A DNA stretch of 64,000 nt from Gemmatimonadota bacterium (GTDB taxonomy: Bacteria > Gemmatimonadota > Gemmatimonadetes > Palauibacterales > Palauibacteraceae). The stretch is taken from positions 384,001-448,000 of the forward strand of contig OZ220691.1 in NCBI GenBank assembly GCA_965116475.1, in the 5' to 3' direction. The stretch's first letter is position 1; each line of letters opens with the position of its first letter. Under the pieces are notes generated by a model. It was given only the letters and a program-made list of their open reading frames with translations, was not told where the DNA came from and did no database searches. The position numbers and the translations under genes were made by a program. Shown in pieces: positions 49,008-57,409 of this stretch.

Positions 49008-51173
49008 TCAGGACTCCGATCCGTAGGGAATCCGCGCCACTTCCCGGAGCATATCCACGATCTCGGCCCCGATGGCCCCGATGTCGGCTTCGATCTCCTC
49101 AAGCGGGCGGGGCGGCTTGAAGCGGTAGAAGTAGCGGTTGAAGTTGATCTCGTATCCCACGAGACCGACGTCGCCGTCGCGTCGGTCGCGCTTCGTCGTA
49201 TCGATCCAGGCGTCGTCCGCGTGCGGCTGGACCTCGCGCGCGAAGAACTCTCGCACGCTTTCCGGGACGCCGTCGTCGTCCACAGGGTCGTCACCGTCGG
49301 GCAACGGCACGCGCTCTGTGTCCCGCAGTTCCGGATCGGGCTCGGGATGGCCGTGGGCGTCGCGGCAGATCTCCGCCGTCTCGTCCCGTTCCGAGAGCGC
49401 CTTGAGGATCGCCTTCCGTACCGGAACGCGCAGGTTGATCTCCGCCTCCTCCATGGCTGCATCCAGTACGACGGCGAACGCGTCGCGATCCTTGGGGAGA
49501 TCGTCCGGCATCGCCTCAAGCGCCGTCTTGATCGCTGCCTGTAGCGCCCGGCCTTCCTCCTGCTCGCGCTCCCCGGCCTCACCCCGTTTCCGCGACTTGG
49601 CCAGGTTCGCGAACGCCGTCTGCTCCTCCAGACGTGCCATGCGCTCCTCGCTCGCCTGGAAGTTGAGTCGCAGTGGACGTTCCACCGTGATCTTCCGGAA
49701 CCCGAACCGGGTCGTGGGGAATACGCGGCTGACCGGCACGTCCTCCTCACCGTCGGCGCCGACCACGGGCCGGGTCTCGCCATCCCGGAAGCCGCGGACG
49801 AGCGCCAGAATGTCCGCCGCCTTCTCCGCTGGAATGTCGCGCCGCTTGTCCCCGAGGCTCTTCTTGCGCGGCGTCCAGAAGGAGGTGGCGTCGATGAGTT
49901 GGACCTTGCCCGCCCGCCCCGGCGCCTTGCGGTTCGTGAGGAGCCAGATGTAGGTGCCGATGCCGGTGTTGTAGAAGAGCTGTTCCGGGAGCGCGATCAG
50001 CGCCTCAAGCAGGTCGTTCTCCAGGATGTGGCGGCGAATCTCGCTCTCGCCGCTCCCCGCGTCGCCGGTGAAGAGCGGCGATCCGTTCATGATGATCGCG
50101 ATGCGCGTGCCACCCTCCTCCGGCGTCCTCGCGCGCGCGAGCATATGAAGAAGGAAGAGCGTCTGCCCGTCGCTGATCCTCGGGAGGCCGGGACCGAAGC
50201 GGCCGGCCGCCCCGCGCTCGTGCTCGGCCTTGACCGCGTCCTTGTCCCGTTTCCAGTCCTTCCCGTACGGCGGGTTGGCGATCAGGTAGTCGAAGTGTTT
50301 GTCCGCGTGCCGGTCGTTGGAGAGGACGCTCCCGAACGCGATGTTCCTTGCGTCATGTCCCTTCGGATCCTTCATGAAGAAGTCCGACTTCGACACGGCC
50401 CACGTCTCGGGGTTCACCTCCTGCCCGAACAGGTGGACCTCCGCGTCGCGGTTGATCGCGGGCCGCAGGAGTTCGCCGTCCTCTTCCCTTCCCTCGAGGA
50501 TGCGCTGCTTGGCGATCATCAGCATGCCGCCGGAGCCGCAGCAAGGGTCGTACACGCTGCGCACGGTCCCCACCCGCGAGAGTTCCTCCTCGTCGCCGGC
50601 CAGCATCAACTCGACCATGAGGTGCACCACGTCCCGCGGTGTGAAGTGCTCGCCGGGGTTCTCGTCGAGGGCCTCGTTGAACTTCCGGATCAGCTCCTCG
50701 AAGATCGTCCCCATGGTGGGGTTGTCGACGACGTCGGGATGGAGGTCGAGCGTCCCGAACCGCTCCACGACCTGGTACAGCAACTGCGACTCGTCGAGCT
50801 TGCTGATCGTGTTGTCGAAGTCGAACCGCTCGATGACCTCCCGCATCTCGTCGCTGAACCCGACGATGTAGTTGCGCAGGTTCGCGGCCAGCGCGGGCGC
50901 GTCGCCGAGAAGGCGCTCGAAGTCGTACCGGGACGTGTTGTAGAACGCGAACCCCGACGCCTTCTTTAGCTGCGCGTCCATGTCCTCAAGACCCATCCCG
51001 CGCAACTCCGCCTTCCGCGCCAGCACCTTCTCCTTCGTCGGCGCCAGCACGCAGTCGAGCCGTCGCAGGACGGTCAGCGGCAGCATCACATCCTGGTACT
51101 TCCCCCGCTTGAAGGTGTCCCGAATCAGGTTCGCGACATCCCAAATGAAGCTGACGATCTCCGTGTGGGTCAT
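49008..51173 (-). CDS. hsdM: Type I R-M methyltransferase subunit (N6-adenine)
   Basis: FIWDVANLIRD, GEHFTPRDVV, YDPCCGSGGML, ANPPYG, GYEINFNRYFY. Confidence 0.95.
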   Translation of the reverse strand: MTHTEIVSFIWDVANLIRDTFKRGKYQDVMLPLTVLRRLDCVLAPTKEKVLARKAELRGMGLEDMDAQLKKASGFAFYNTSRYDFERLLGDAPALAANLRNYIVGFSDEMREVIERFDFDNTISKLDESQLLYQVVERFGTLDLHPDVVDNPTMGTIFEELIRKFNEALDENPGEHFTPRDVVHLMVELMLAGDEEELSRVGTVRSVYDPCCGSGGMLMIAKQRILEGREEDGELLRPAINRDAEVHLFGQEVNPETWAVSKSDFFMKDPKGHDARNIAFGSVLSNDRHADKHFDYLIANPPYGKDWKRDKDAVKAEHERGAAGRFGPGLPRISDGQTLFLLHMLARARTPEEGGTRIAIIMNGSPLFTGDAGSGESEIRRHILENDLLEALIALPEQLFYNTGIGTYIWLLTNRKAPGRAGKVQLIDATSFWTPRKKSLGDKRRDIPAEKAADILALVRGFRDGETRPVVGADGEEDVPVSRVFPTTRFGFRKITVERPLRLNFQASEERMARLEEQTAFANLAKSRKRGEAGEREQEEGRALQAAIKTALEAMPDDLPKDRDAFAVVLDAAMEEAEINLRVPVRKAILKALSERDETAEICRDAHGHPEPDPELRDTERVPLPDGDDPVDDDGVPESVREFFAREVQPHADDAWIDTTKRDRRDGDVGLVGYEINFNRYFYRFKPPRPLEEIEADIGAIGAEIVDMLREVARIPYGSES

Positions 51174-51311
51174 AGGCTCGAATCCGGGGACGTTGGTCCG
51201 GTGCCCCCCGCGGCGATCGCGCGTCAAACACTCGTTCCGTTGAAGGTGGCCCGCCCGTTTCGTATCACTTATCGACATTTGTGTAATGCAAATCTTGTAG
51301 CACCAAAACGG

Positions 51312-52432
51312 CTACCACACAACCGTGTCGCGCTCGACGATGTCGAGAAGGGGCTCGAACGCATACAGGGCTGGCCGGCGTCCGCTTGCCTTCTCCACCA
51401 CGTCGATGACGTCGCCCTCGCTTAGCAACTTGAGCGCTCGATGGGCAGTAGCGTTCGTTACGCCCGTGTCCTCAATGAACTCGGTCGTCGTGAAGATGGG
51501 CTCGCTGAAGATCGCATCCAGGAAACGAACGGTGTACGGCGATCTCGTGAGCCCTTCCACATGGGCCTTCATGTCGTCGTATAGGCCCAGGATCTCGCGG
51601 ACCCGTTTGTATTGTCCTCGGCCTGCGCCTGGAGCGCTCGTAGGAAAAAGCAGGACCACTCCGTCCAATCGTCGTCGCGAGACACCGCTCTGAGCCGCTC
51701 GTAATACTCTGCGCGATGGGAATCCAAGTAGTAGCTGATGTAGAAGACGGGCCTGCGGATGAGGTCATGCTGCCACATGAAGAGCGGTACAAACAGTCTT
51801 CCGAGGCGCCCGTTCCCATCCTGGAACGGATGGAGAGCTTCGAACTCCGCGTGGAGGATCGCGAGCTGCACCAATTGATCGAGGGGCGAGGGATCGTGCA
51901 TGTACTTTTCCCACGCCGACATGGCATCCGGCAGCAGATTCGCCGGAGGCGGGACAAACCACGCCTCGTCGATCGTACACCCCGGCGGGCCAATCCAGTT
52001 TGGTCCCGCCCGGAACTCGCCGGGGTTCCGGTTACGGCCGCGTACGCCCGCCAGGAGTCTCTCGTGAGCCTGCCGAAGCACGCGCAAGCAAAGAGGCAGG
52101 TCGTTCAGCAACCGACTCGCGTCGTACATCGCGGTCCGGTAGTTGAGCACCTCCTCGAAATCGTACTGCCGATGCTCCGACCCCTCGCGCCTTCCCGCCC
52201 TGAACTGAAGAACCTCCTCCATCGTCGTTCGGGTGCCTTCGATCCTGTTGGAAAACACCGCTTCCTGTGTCGCCATGGGAGCGAGGAGAACATCCGGATC
52301 CAAGATCGCTGCAAGCATACCGTCGTATCTCGCAACCGCTGCAGAAGCCGGACCCAGGAGAGGGATAATCCGAGACCAGTCAAGAAGGCCGTCCGGAGGG
52401 AACTTCCCGATGTGGTATTGTACCGGACTCAA
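51312..52432 (-). pseudogene. Fic family protein with a single frameshift (or sequencing error)
   Basis: AGGAGG RBS + TTG start; SNRIEGT, HPFQDGNGRLGR; frame switches near 51607 into a C-terminal wHTH (GRRPALYAF). Confidence 0.8.
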
Positions 52433-52572
52433 CCGGGACCTCCTACGTCTTTCTCGAGACACCCGCCGTCGCCGTCGCCCACGGCCTCTCCGGACAGATC
52501 CAAGGTAACGATATCGCGGCCGCTTCGGGAAAGCTCGCGGCCGATGTGGCCGAGGCCCGACCGACATGGAAG

Positions 52573-52601
52573 TTGCCCCTCGACGCATCCTCCGACATCT
52601 T
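52573..52601 (+). promoter_or_regulatory. Putative sigma70 promoter for a near-leaderless leader transcript
   Basis: TTGCCC-N17-CATCTT ending 8 nt before ATG 52610. Confidence 0.4.
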
Positions 52602-52609
52602 CTCGCGCC

Positions 52610-52738
52610 ATGATTTGCGCGCCTGACATCCGACCTCTCCGCGCCCGCGGAGCGAGCTGCGCCTGCGGCACCCCTGCCTGCGGCACCTGCGCCTGTATGT
52701 GTTCGTGTCCCCACGACGCGTGGATCCGGGTGTGTTGA
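52610..52738 (+). CDS. Cys-rich leader peptide (42 aa, 9 Cys)
   Basis: MICAPDIRPLRARGASCACGTPACGTCACMCSCPHDAWIRVC*; followed by a terminator. Confidence 0.65.
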   Translation: MICAPDIRPLRARGASCACGTPACGTCACMCSCPHDAWIRVC

Positions 52739-52770
52739 TGCGCTGAGCTCCAAGCTCAAACCGTTTTTCG

Positions 52771-52805
52771 AGCCGCCCCGGTCTGCCGACCCGGGCGGCT
52801 TTTTT
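52771..52805 (+). terminator. Intrinsic terminator (attenuator) in the 5' region of the ATP-grasp gene
   Basis: AGCCGCCC-C-GGTC-tgcc-GACC-C-GGGCGGCT followed by a T run; ends 38 nt before the downstream ATG. Confidence 0.85.
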
Positions 52806-52843
52806 CGTGCCCCGTCCAACCGGACTCAACCCGAGAGAAACCG

Positions 52844-53881
52844 ATGACTCGTCCCGTTTTACCGCAGATACATGTCCTGTACGAAAACCCGGCCTGGATT
52901 CCGCCCCTTGAGGAGGCGCTCGCGAGGGAGGGCTTCCGGGTCCGCCTCGTGCACGTGAACGAGGGGCTCGTCGATCCGTCGGCCCCTCCGCCCGAGGGCG
53001 TCTGGATCAACCGCATCAGCCCGTCGTCGCACACGCGCGGCCACGTCCACACGGTGGAACTGGCCCGGCAGTTCCTGTACTGGCTGGAGTCGCACGGCCG
53101 CCGGGTGATCAACGGGCTCGGCGCCTTCGAGCTTGAGATGAGCAAGCTCCGGCAGGATCTCGTCCTGCGGCGGCACGGGATCCGCACGCCGCGCACCGTG
53201 CTGGCCGTGGGGAGAAGGCACCTGCTCCGAGCGGCCGCCACTTTCGATGGCCCGTTCATCACGAAGCACGACCAGGGCGGCAAGGGCCTCGGGATCCGCC
53301 TCTTCCACGACGCGCGGGAACTCGAGCGGCACCTCGACGGCGACGGCTTCGACGCGGGACCCGGCGCCCGCATGATCCTCCAGCAGTACATCGACGCGCC
53401 GGAGCCGTTCATCACGCGGGTGGAGATCGTCGGCGGCCGCTTCCTGTTCGCCATGCGGAGTTCCACGGCGGACGGATTCGAACTCTGCCCCTCGGATGCG
53501 TGCAACCCGATGCCCTCCGAGGGCAACGCACCCTCCGGGAGAGACGCGCCCTCCGGGACGGACGAGGAGGCGGCGCTCGAGGAAGCGACGCTCGAGGTGT
53601 GCCCGGCCGGCCCCGGCCTCTTCAGCCCCTCGCCGGTCAGGGAGGACGACCCGCTCGTGCAACGGTACATTCGGCTCTGCAACGAGGAGCGGATCGAGAT
53701 CGCCGGCATAGAATTCGTGCGGGACGCGTGGGGCCACCGCTACACGTACGACATCAACGGCACGACGAACTACAACCAGACGCTCGGCGCCCGGATCGGC
53801 GTCGACGGCATGGGCGAGGTGGCGCGCTACGTACGCCGGACGGCGACCCCGGCCCGACGGCGCCAGCGCATCGCGAGTTGA
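52844..53881 (+). CDS. ATP-grasp ligase (RimK/glutathione synthetase-like)
   Basis: NRISPSSHTRGH, ITKHDQGGKGLGI, ILQQYI, FELCPSDAC, AGIEF, YDINGTTNYN. Confidence 0.85.
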   Translation: MTRPVLPQIHVLYENPAWIPPLEEALAREGFRVRLVHVNEGLVDPSAPPPEGVWINRISPSSHTRGHVHTVELARQFLYWLESHGRRVINGLGAFELEMSKLRQDLVLRRHGIRTPRTVLAVGRRHLLRAAATFDGPFITKHDQGGKGLGIRLFHDARELERHLDGDGFDAGPGARMILQQYIDAPEPFITRVEIVGGRFLFAMRSSTADGFELCPSDACNPMPSEGNAPSGRDAPSGTDEEAALEEATLEVCPAGPGLFSPSPVREDDPLVQRYIRLCNEERIEIAGIEFVRDAWGHRYTYDINGTTNYNQTLGARIGVDGMGEVARYVRRTATPARRRQRIAS

Positions 53882-53895
53882 GCGGTGTCCACCGG

Positions 53896-54291
53896 TCAGA
53901 CGCCGGGCATCGCCCTGATGTCGGGACACTCCAGCAGCGACGCGTCCGCCGTGACGAGCGTGAGATCGTGTACCATGGCGGTCGCCGCGATGAAGCGATC
54001 GGCCGGGTCACCATGGTCGAGGCGGATGCTGCGGCTGCCGAACGCGACCTCGAACGTCAATGGGACTTCGTGCACCGGCCGCACGGTCAGCGCTGTCCGG
54101 ATCCAACTCCAGGGATCGGGATTGAGGAGCACGCGCCCCTTCTCGGCGAGCACCAATACCTCCCAGACGCTGACGGGCGACAGCGCGAGGGTATTCTCCG
54201 GCGCGGCCAGCGCCGAGCGGGCCCGGCCGGAGATCCGGTCGGGCTCCAGCAGGCTCCAGAGCCAGACGTGCGTATCGAGGAGCAGCTTCAC
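53896..54291 (-). CDS. vapC: VapC PIN-domain toxin (copy 1)
   Basis: LLLDTHVWLW, SVWE, HGDPADRFIAATA, LVTAD. Confidence 0.92.
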   Translation of the reverse strand: MKLLLDTHVWLWSLLEPDRISGRARSALAAPENTLALSPVSVWEVLVLAEKGRVLLNPDPWSWIRTALTVRPVHEVPLTFEVAFGSRSIRLDHGDPADRFIAATAMVHDLTLVTADASLLECPDIRAMPGV

Positions 54292-54656
54292 CGGGTCCGG
54301 TCGTCGCCCGGATCGGCGGTCTCCGAACGCAATGCCGCCCACTCGGAGGGGTCCGCCGCCGGCGAGACGATGTCGCCGACGATCTCACCGGTGTCGCTCA
54401 TCGCCCCCATCCAGCCGCTGCCGCCGATCTGGACCTCGGCCGCATCGGTTGCGGTGCCGGAGACGTTCGGGGTCGCCGTGTAGCCGGCGGCCAGCCGGGC
54501 CCGCTCGCGCACGACGCCGAACATGGGCTGCGGGAGCGCATGGCGGCTCAGCAAGTAGCGCAATTCGCCTTCCAGGGAACGATGATTCGCCTTCGCCCGT
54601 CTCTTGAGCGCGGCGATCAGGTCGTCGTCCACGTTCCGAATCGTGAGCACTCCCAA
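54288..54656 (-). CDS. FitA-like RHH antitoxin (copy 1)
   Basis: LTIRNVDDD....LKRRAKANHRSLEGELR; GTGA overlap with vapC. Confidence 0.85.
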   Translation of the reverse strand: MGVLTIRNVDDDLIAALKRRAKANHRSLEGELRYLLSRHALPQPMFGVVRERARLAAGYTATPNVSGTATDAAEVQIGGSGWMGAMSDTGEIVGDIVSPAADPSEWAALRSETADPGDDRTR

Positions 54657-54711
54657 GTGTCCTCCCCTTGCATCAGCCCGGCCTGGTCGTGCAGGTGATG
54701 TCGTAGTGTAG

Positions 54712-54725
54712 TGAAACCGGTTTCA
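54712..54725. promoter_or_regulatory. Palindromic operator upstream of the antitoxin
   Basis: Perfect TGAAACCGGTTTCA; degenerate counterpart GGAAATCGGCTTCA at 57256-57269. Confidence 0.6.
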
Positions 54726-54819
54726 TTATGCCATCTTCTTTCGGGGCGCGAAGACGTTCCCGCGGGAACGTCAAGGGCGAGGCTTCGAGCGTGGACACGA
54801 TGTCAGCACTGGGCACGGT

Positions 54820-56430
54820 GTGGAGGAAACGAACCGGATGAACGGCGGGCGGCGCCGGCGGGCCACGGCGCAGGGCGGGCTGTGGAAGGGGCTGAATCCC
54901 GGGATGGCGCTGGCCGCCAAGGGGGTCGTGCTCGTCTTCGTCCTCGCCACGGTCTGGGACGTGGAGGCCGCCGGCGCCGTGTTCGGCCGCGTCCGCGCCT
55001 GGATCGAGGGCACGCTCGACTGGTTCTACGTGCTGACCGTCTGCGCCACCCTGTTCACCTGCCTGTTCCTGGTCTGCAGCCGGTTCGGCCGCATCCGGCT
55101 CGGCGACGAGGACTCCTCGCCCGAGTTCAGCCGCTTCTCCTGGCTCGCCATGCTGTTCTCGGCCGCCGTCGGGATCGGATTGCTCTTCTTCTCCATCGCC
55201 GAGCCGATCTTCTACTTCGACAACAGCCAGGCCGCGGGTTACCCCAACAACCCGATCGCCGACCTCGCGGGCGCCGCGACGCTGGACGAACGGCGGGCCA
55301 CCCACGCCCTGCGCGCCACCTACTTCCACTGGGGCCTGCACGGTTGGTCCGCGTACGTCCTGGTCGGGCTTTGCCTGGCCTACTTCGGGTTCCGCAAGAA
55401 GCTGCCGCTGACGCTGCGCTCCGCGCTGTACCCCCTCATCGGCGATCGGATCTACGGCCCGCTCGGGGACCTGGTGGACCTGCTGGCGGTGTTCGGCGGG
55501 GTGTTCGGCATCGCGACCTCCCTCGGCCTCGGGGCGAGCCAGATGGCCGCCGGCCTCAACGTGCTGTTCGGCGTCGATCCGGGTCTCCTCACGCAGGTTG
55601 CGCTCATCGCCGTCATCTCGGTGGCGGCCACGTTGTCGGTGGTATCCGGCGTGAAGCGCGGGATCCGCCGCCTGTCCGAGTGGAACATCGGCGTGAGCGT
55701 GGTCCTGCTGGGGTGCTTCCTGTTCCTGGGTCCCATCCCGTGGCTCGTCAGTTTTGTGGCCACATCCGCCGCCGAGTACCTGTGGCGCGTGCTACCCATG
55801 GGGTTCTGGATCGCCGACGATCCGGGGGAGGCCGCCTGGCAGAACGCCTGGACGATCTTCTACTGGGGCTGGTGGATTTCCTGGGCTCCCTTCGTCGGCA
55901 CGTTCATCGCCCGCATCTCGCGCGGGCGCACGCTGCGGGAGTTCATCCTCGGCGTGCTCATCGTTCCGACCGGCCTGGCGCTGGTGTGGTTCGGCATCTT
56001 CGGCGGCAACGCCATCCACCTGGAACTCACCGCCCCGGGCGGGGTCGGGACGGCGGGAATCATGGACCTGGTGCGGAGCGGGAACTACGAGGCCGCGCTC
56101 TACGCGACGATCGACCGGATGAGCGACACCGACTGGCTCGCGTGGGCCATGTCCGCCATGGCCACCCTCCTCGTGGCGACGTGGTTCGTCACATCTTCGG
56201 ACTCGGGCACCCTGGTCATCACCACCTTCCTGAGCATGGGCGAACCTCACCCGCCGCGGCGTTTCCGCATCGTGTGGGGTCTTGGCGTGGGAGCGGTGGC
56301 CGCCGTGCTGCTGCTCGCCGACGGCCTCCAGGCCCTGCAGACCGCGGCCATAGCCGCCGCCCTGCCTGTGAGCGTCGTGCTGCTGTTCATGATCGCCGGG
56401 CTGCTCCGATCCCTGGCCCGCGACCCGTAG
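54820..56430 (+). CDS. BCCT family (betaine/carnitine/choline) transporter
   Basis: FSWLAMLFSAAVGIGL, FHWGLHGW, WTIFYWGWWISWAPFVGTFIARISRGRT, TSSDSG. Confidence 0.95.
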   Translation: MEETNRMNGGRRRRATAQGGLWKGLNPGMALAAKGVVLVFVLATVWDVEAAGAVFGRVRAWIEGTLDWFYVLTVCATLFTCLFLVCSRFGRIRLGDEDSSPEFSRFSWLAMLFSAAVGIGLLFFSIAEPIFYFDNSQAAGYPNNPIADLAGAATLDERRATHALRATYFHWGLHGWSAYVLVGLCLAYFGFRKKLPLTLRSALYPLIGDRIYGPLGDLVDLLAVFGGVFGIATSLGLGASQMAAGLNVLFGVDPGLLTQVALIAVISVAATLSVVSGVKRGIRRLSEWNIGVSVVLLGCFLFLGPIPWLVSFVATSAAEYLWRVLPMGFWIADDPGEAAWQNAWTIFYWGWWISWAPFVGTFIARISRGRTLREFILGVLIVPTGLALVWFGIFGGNAIHLELTAPGGVGTAGIMDLVRSGNYEAALYATIDRMSDTDWLAWAMSAMATLLVATWFVTSSDSGTLVITTFLSMGEPHPPRRFRIVWGLGVGAVAAVLLLADGLQALQTAAIAAALPVSVVLLFMIAGLLRSLARDP

Positions 56431-56450
56431 CGGAGAGTACCTGCCGTCGG

Positions 56451-56846
56451 TCAGGCACCGGGCAGTGCCTTGATGTCGGGGCACTCGAGCAGCGACGCGT
56501 CCGCCGTGACCAGGGTGAGATCGTGCACCATGGCGGTGGCCGCGATGAAACGATCGGCCGGATCACCGTGTCCGAGGCGGATGCTGCGGCTGCCGAACGC
56601 GACCTCGAACGTCAGCGGGATTTCGTGCATCGGCCGAACGGTCAGGGCCGTACGGGTCCAGGTCCAGGGATCGGGCTGGAGGATTACACGTCCCTTCTCG
56701 GCGAGCACCAGGGCCTCCCAGACGCTCACGGGCGACAACCCCAGGGTGTTCGCCGAGGCAGTCAGTTCGCGGCGGGCCCGGCGGGAGAGACGATCCGGAT
56801 CCAGCAGGCTCCAGAGCCAGATGTGGGTATCGAGGAGCAGCTTCAC
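56451..56846 (-). CDS. vapC: VapC PIN-domain toxin (copy 2)
   Basis: Close paralog of copy 1, same length. Confidence 0.92.
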   Translation of the reverse strand: MKLLLDTHIWLWSLLDPDRLSRRARRELTASANTLGLSPVSVWEALVLAEKGRVILQPDPWTWTRTALTVRPMHEIPLTFEVAFGSRSIRLGHGDPADRFIAATAMVHDLTLVTADASLLECPDIKALPGA

Positions 56847-57211
56847 CGCGTGCGACCGTCGCTCGGATCGACGGCCTCCGGGCGAAGTGCCGTCCACTCG
56901 GAGGGATCGACCGCCGGAGAGACGATGTCGCCGACGATCTCACCCACGTCGCTCATGGCTCCCAGCCACGTTCCGCCGCCGGTCCGGGGATCCGCCGCCT
57001 GGGGGGCGGTGTTCGGGTCGTTCGGCGTCACCTCGTAACCAGCGGCCATCCGGGCACGCTCGCGCACGACGCCGAGCGTGGGCTTCGGGACCGCGTGGCA
57101 GGCAAGCAGGTGGCGCAGTTCGCCCTCCAGAGAACGATGGTTGGCCTTCGCCCGCCTCTTGAGCGCGGCGATCACGTCGTCGTCCACGTTCCGAATCGTG
57201 AGTACCCCCAC
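56843..57211 (-). CDS. FitA-like RHH antitoxin (copy 2)
   Basis: Close paralog of copy 1, same 369-nt length. Confidence 0.85.
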   Translation of the reverse strand: MGVLTIRNVDDDVIAALKRRAKANHRSLEGELRHLLACHAVPKPTLGVVRERARMAAGYEVTPNDPNTAPQAADPRTGGGTWLGAMSDVGEIVGDIVSPAVDPSEWTALRPEAVDPSDGRTR

Positions 57212-57409
57212 CTGTGCACCTCCGGCGTCAACTTCTCCATGAAGGCGTAATGTATGGAAATCGGCTTCATTATGACAGCGCACGCCTCATCGCCAGAGAC
57301 GGGACTCTGCAACCTCCCCCGCTCCTCCTGTCCTCACGCCATCCCCCGACGTACGATCCGTTCGATAGGCTCGCAGATGCTCCCCCGCCTCGTCGCCGAA
57401 GGTGATCCG

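Larger units (their letters stand above)
36540..52440. mobile_element. Defence island (type I R-M, SIR2, kinase, AbiE, Fic, IS remnant)
   Basis: Abrupt drop in GC right after the coxL stop, defence gene content and IS remnant; boundaries approximate; no integrase or att site seen. Confidence 0.65.

Noticed and set aside
36540-52440. Integron cassette array or prophage
   Set aside because: No integrase, no convincing attC sites and no phage structural genes.
52610-53881. Cys-rich peptide as a graspetide (RiPP) precursor or metallothionein
   Set aside because: Only two acidic residues, no recognisable graspetide leader/core repeats, no transporter or protease nearby, and an intervening terminator with attenuator geometry; kept only as a less likely alternative.
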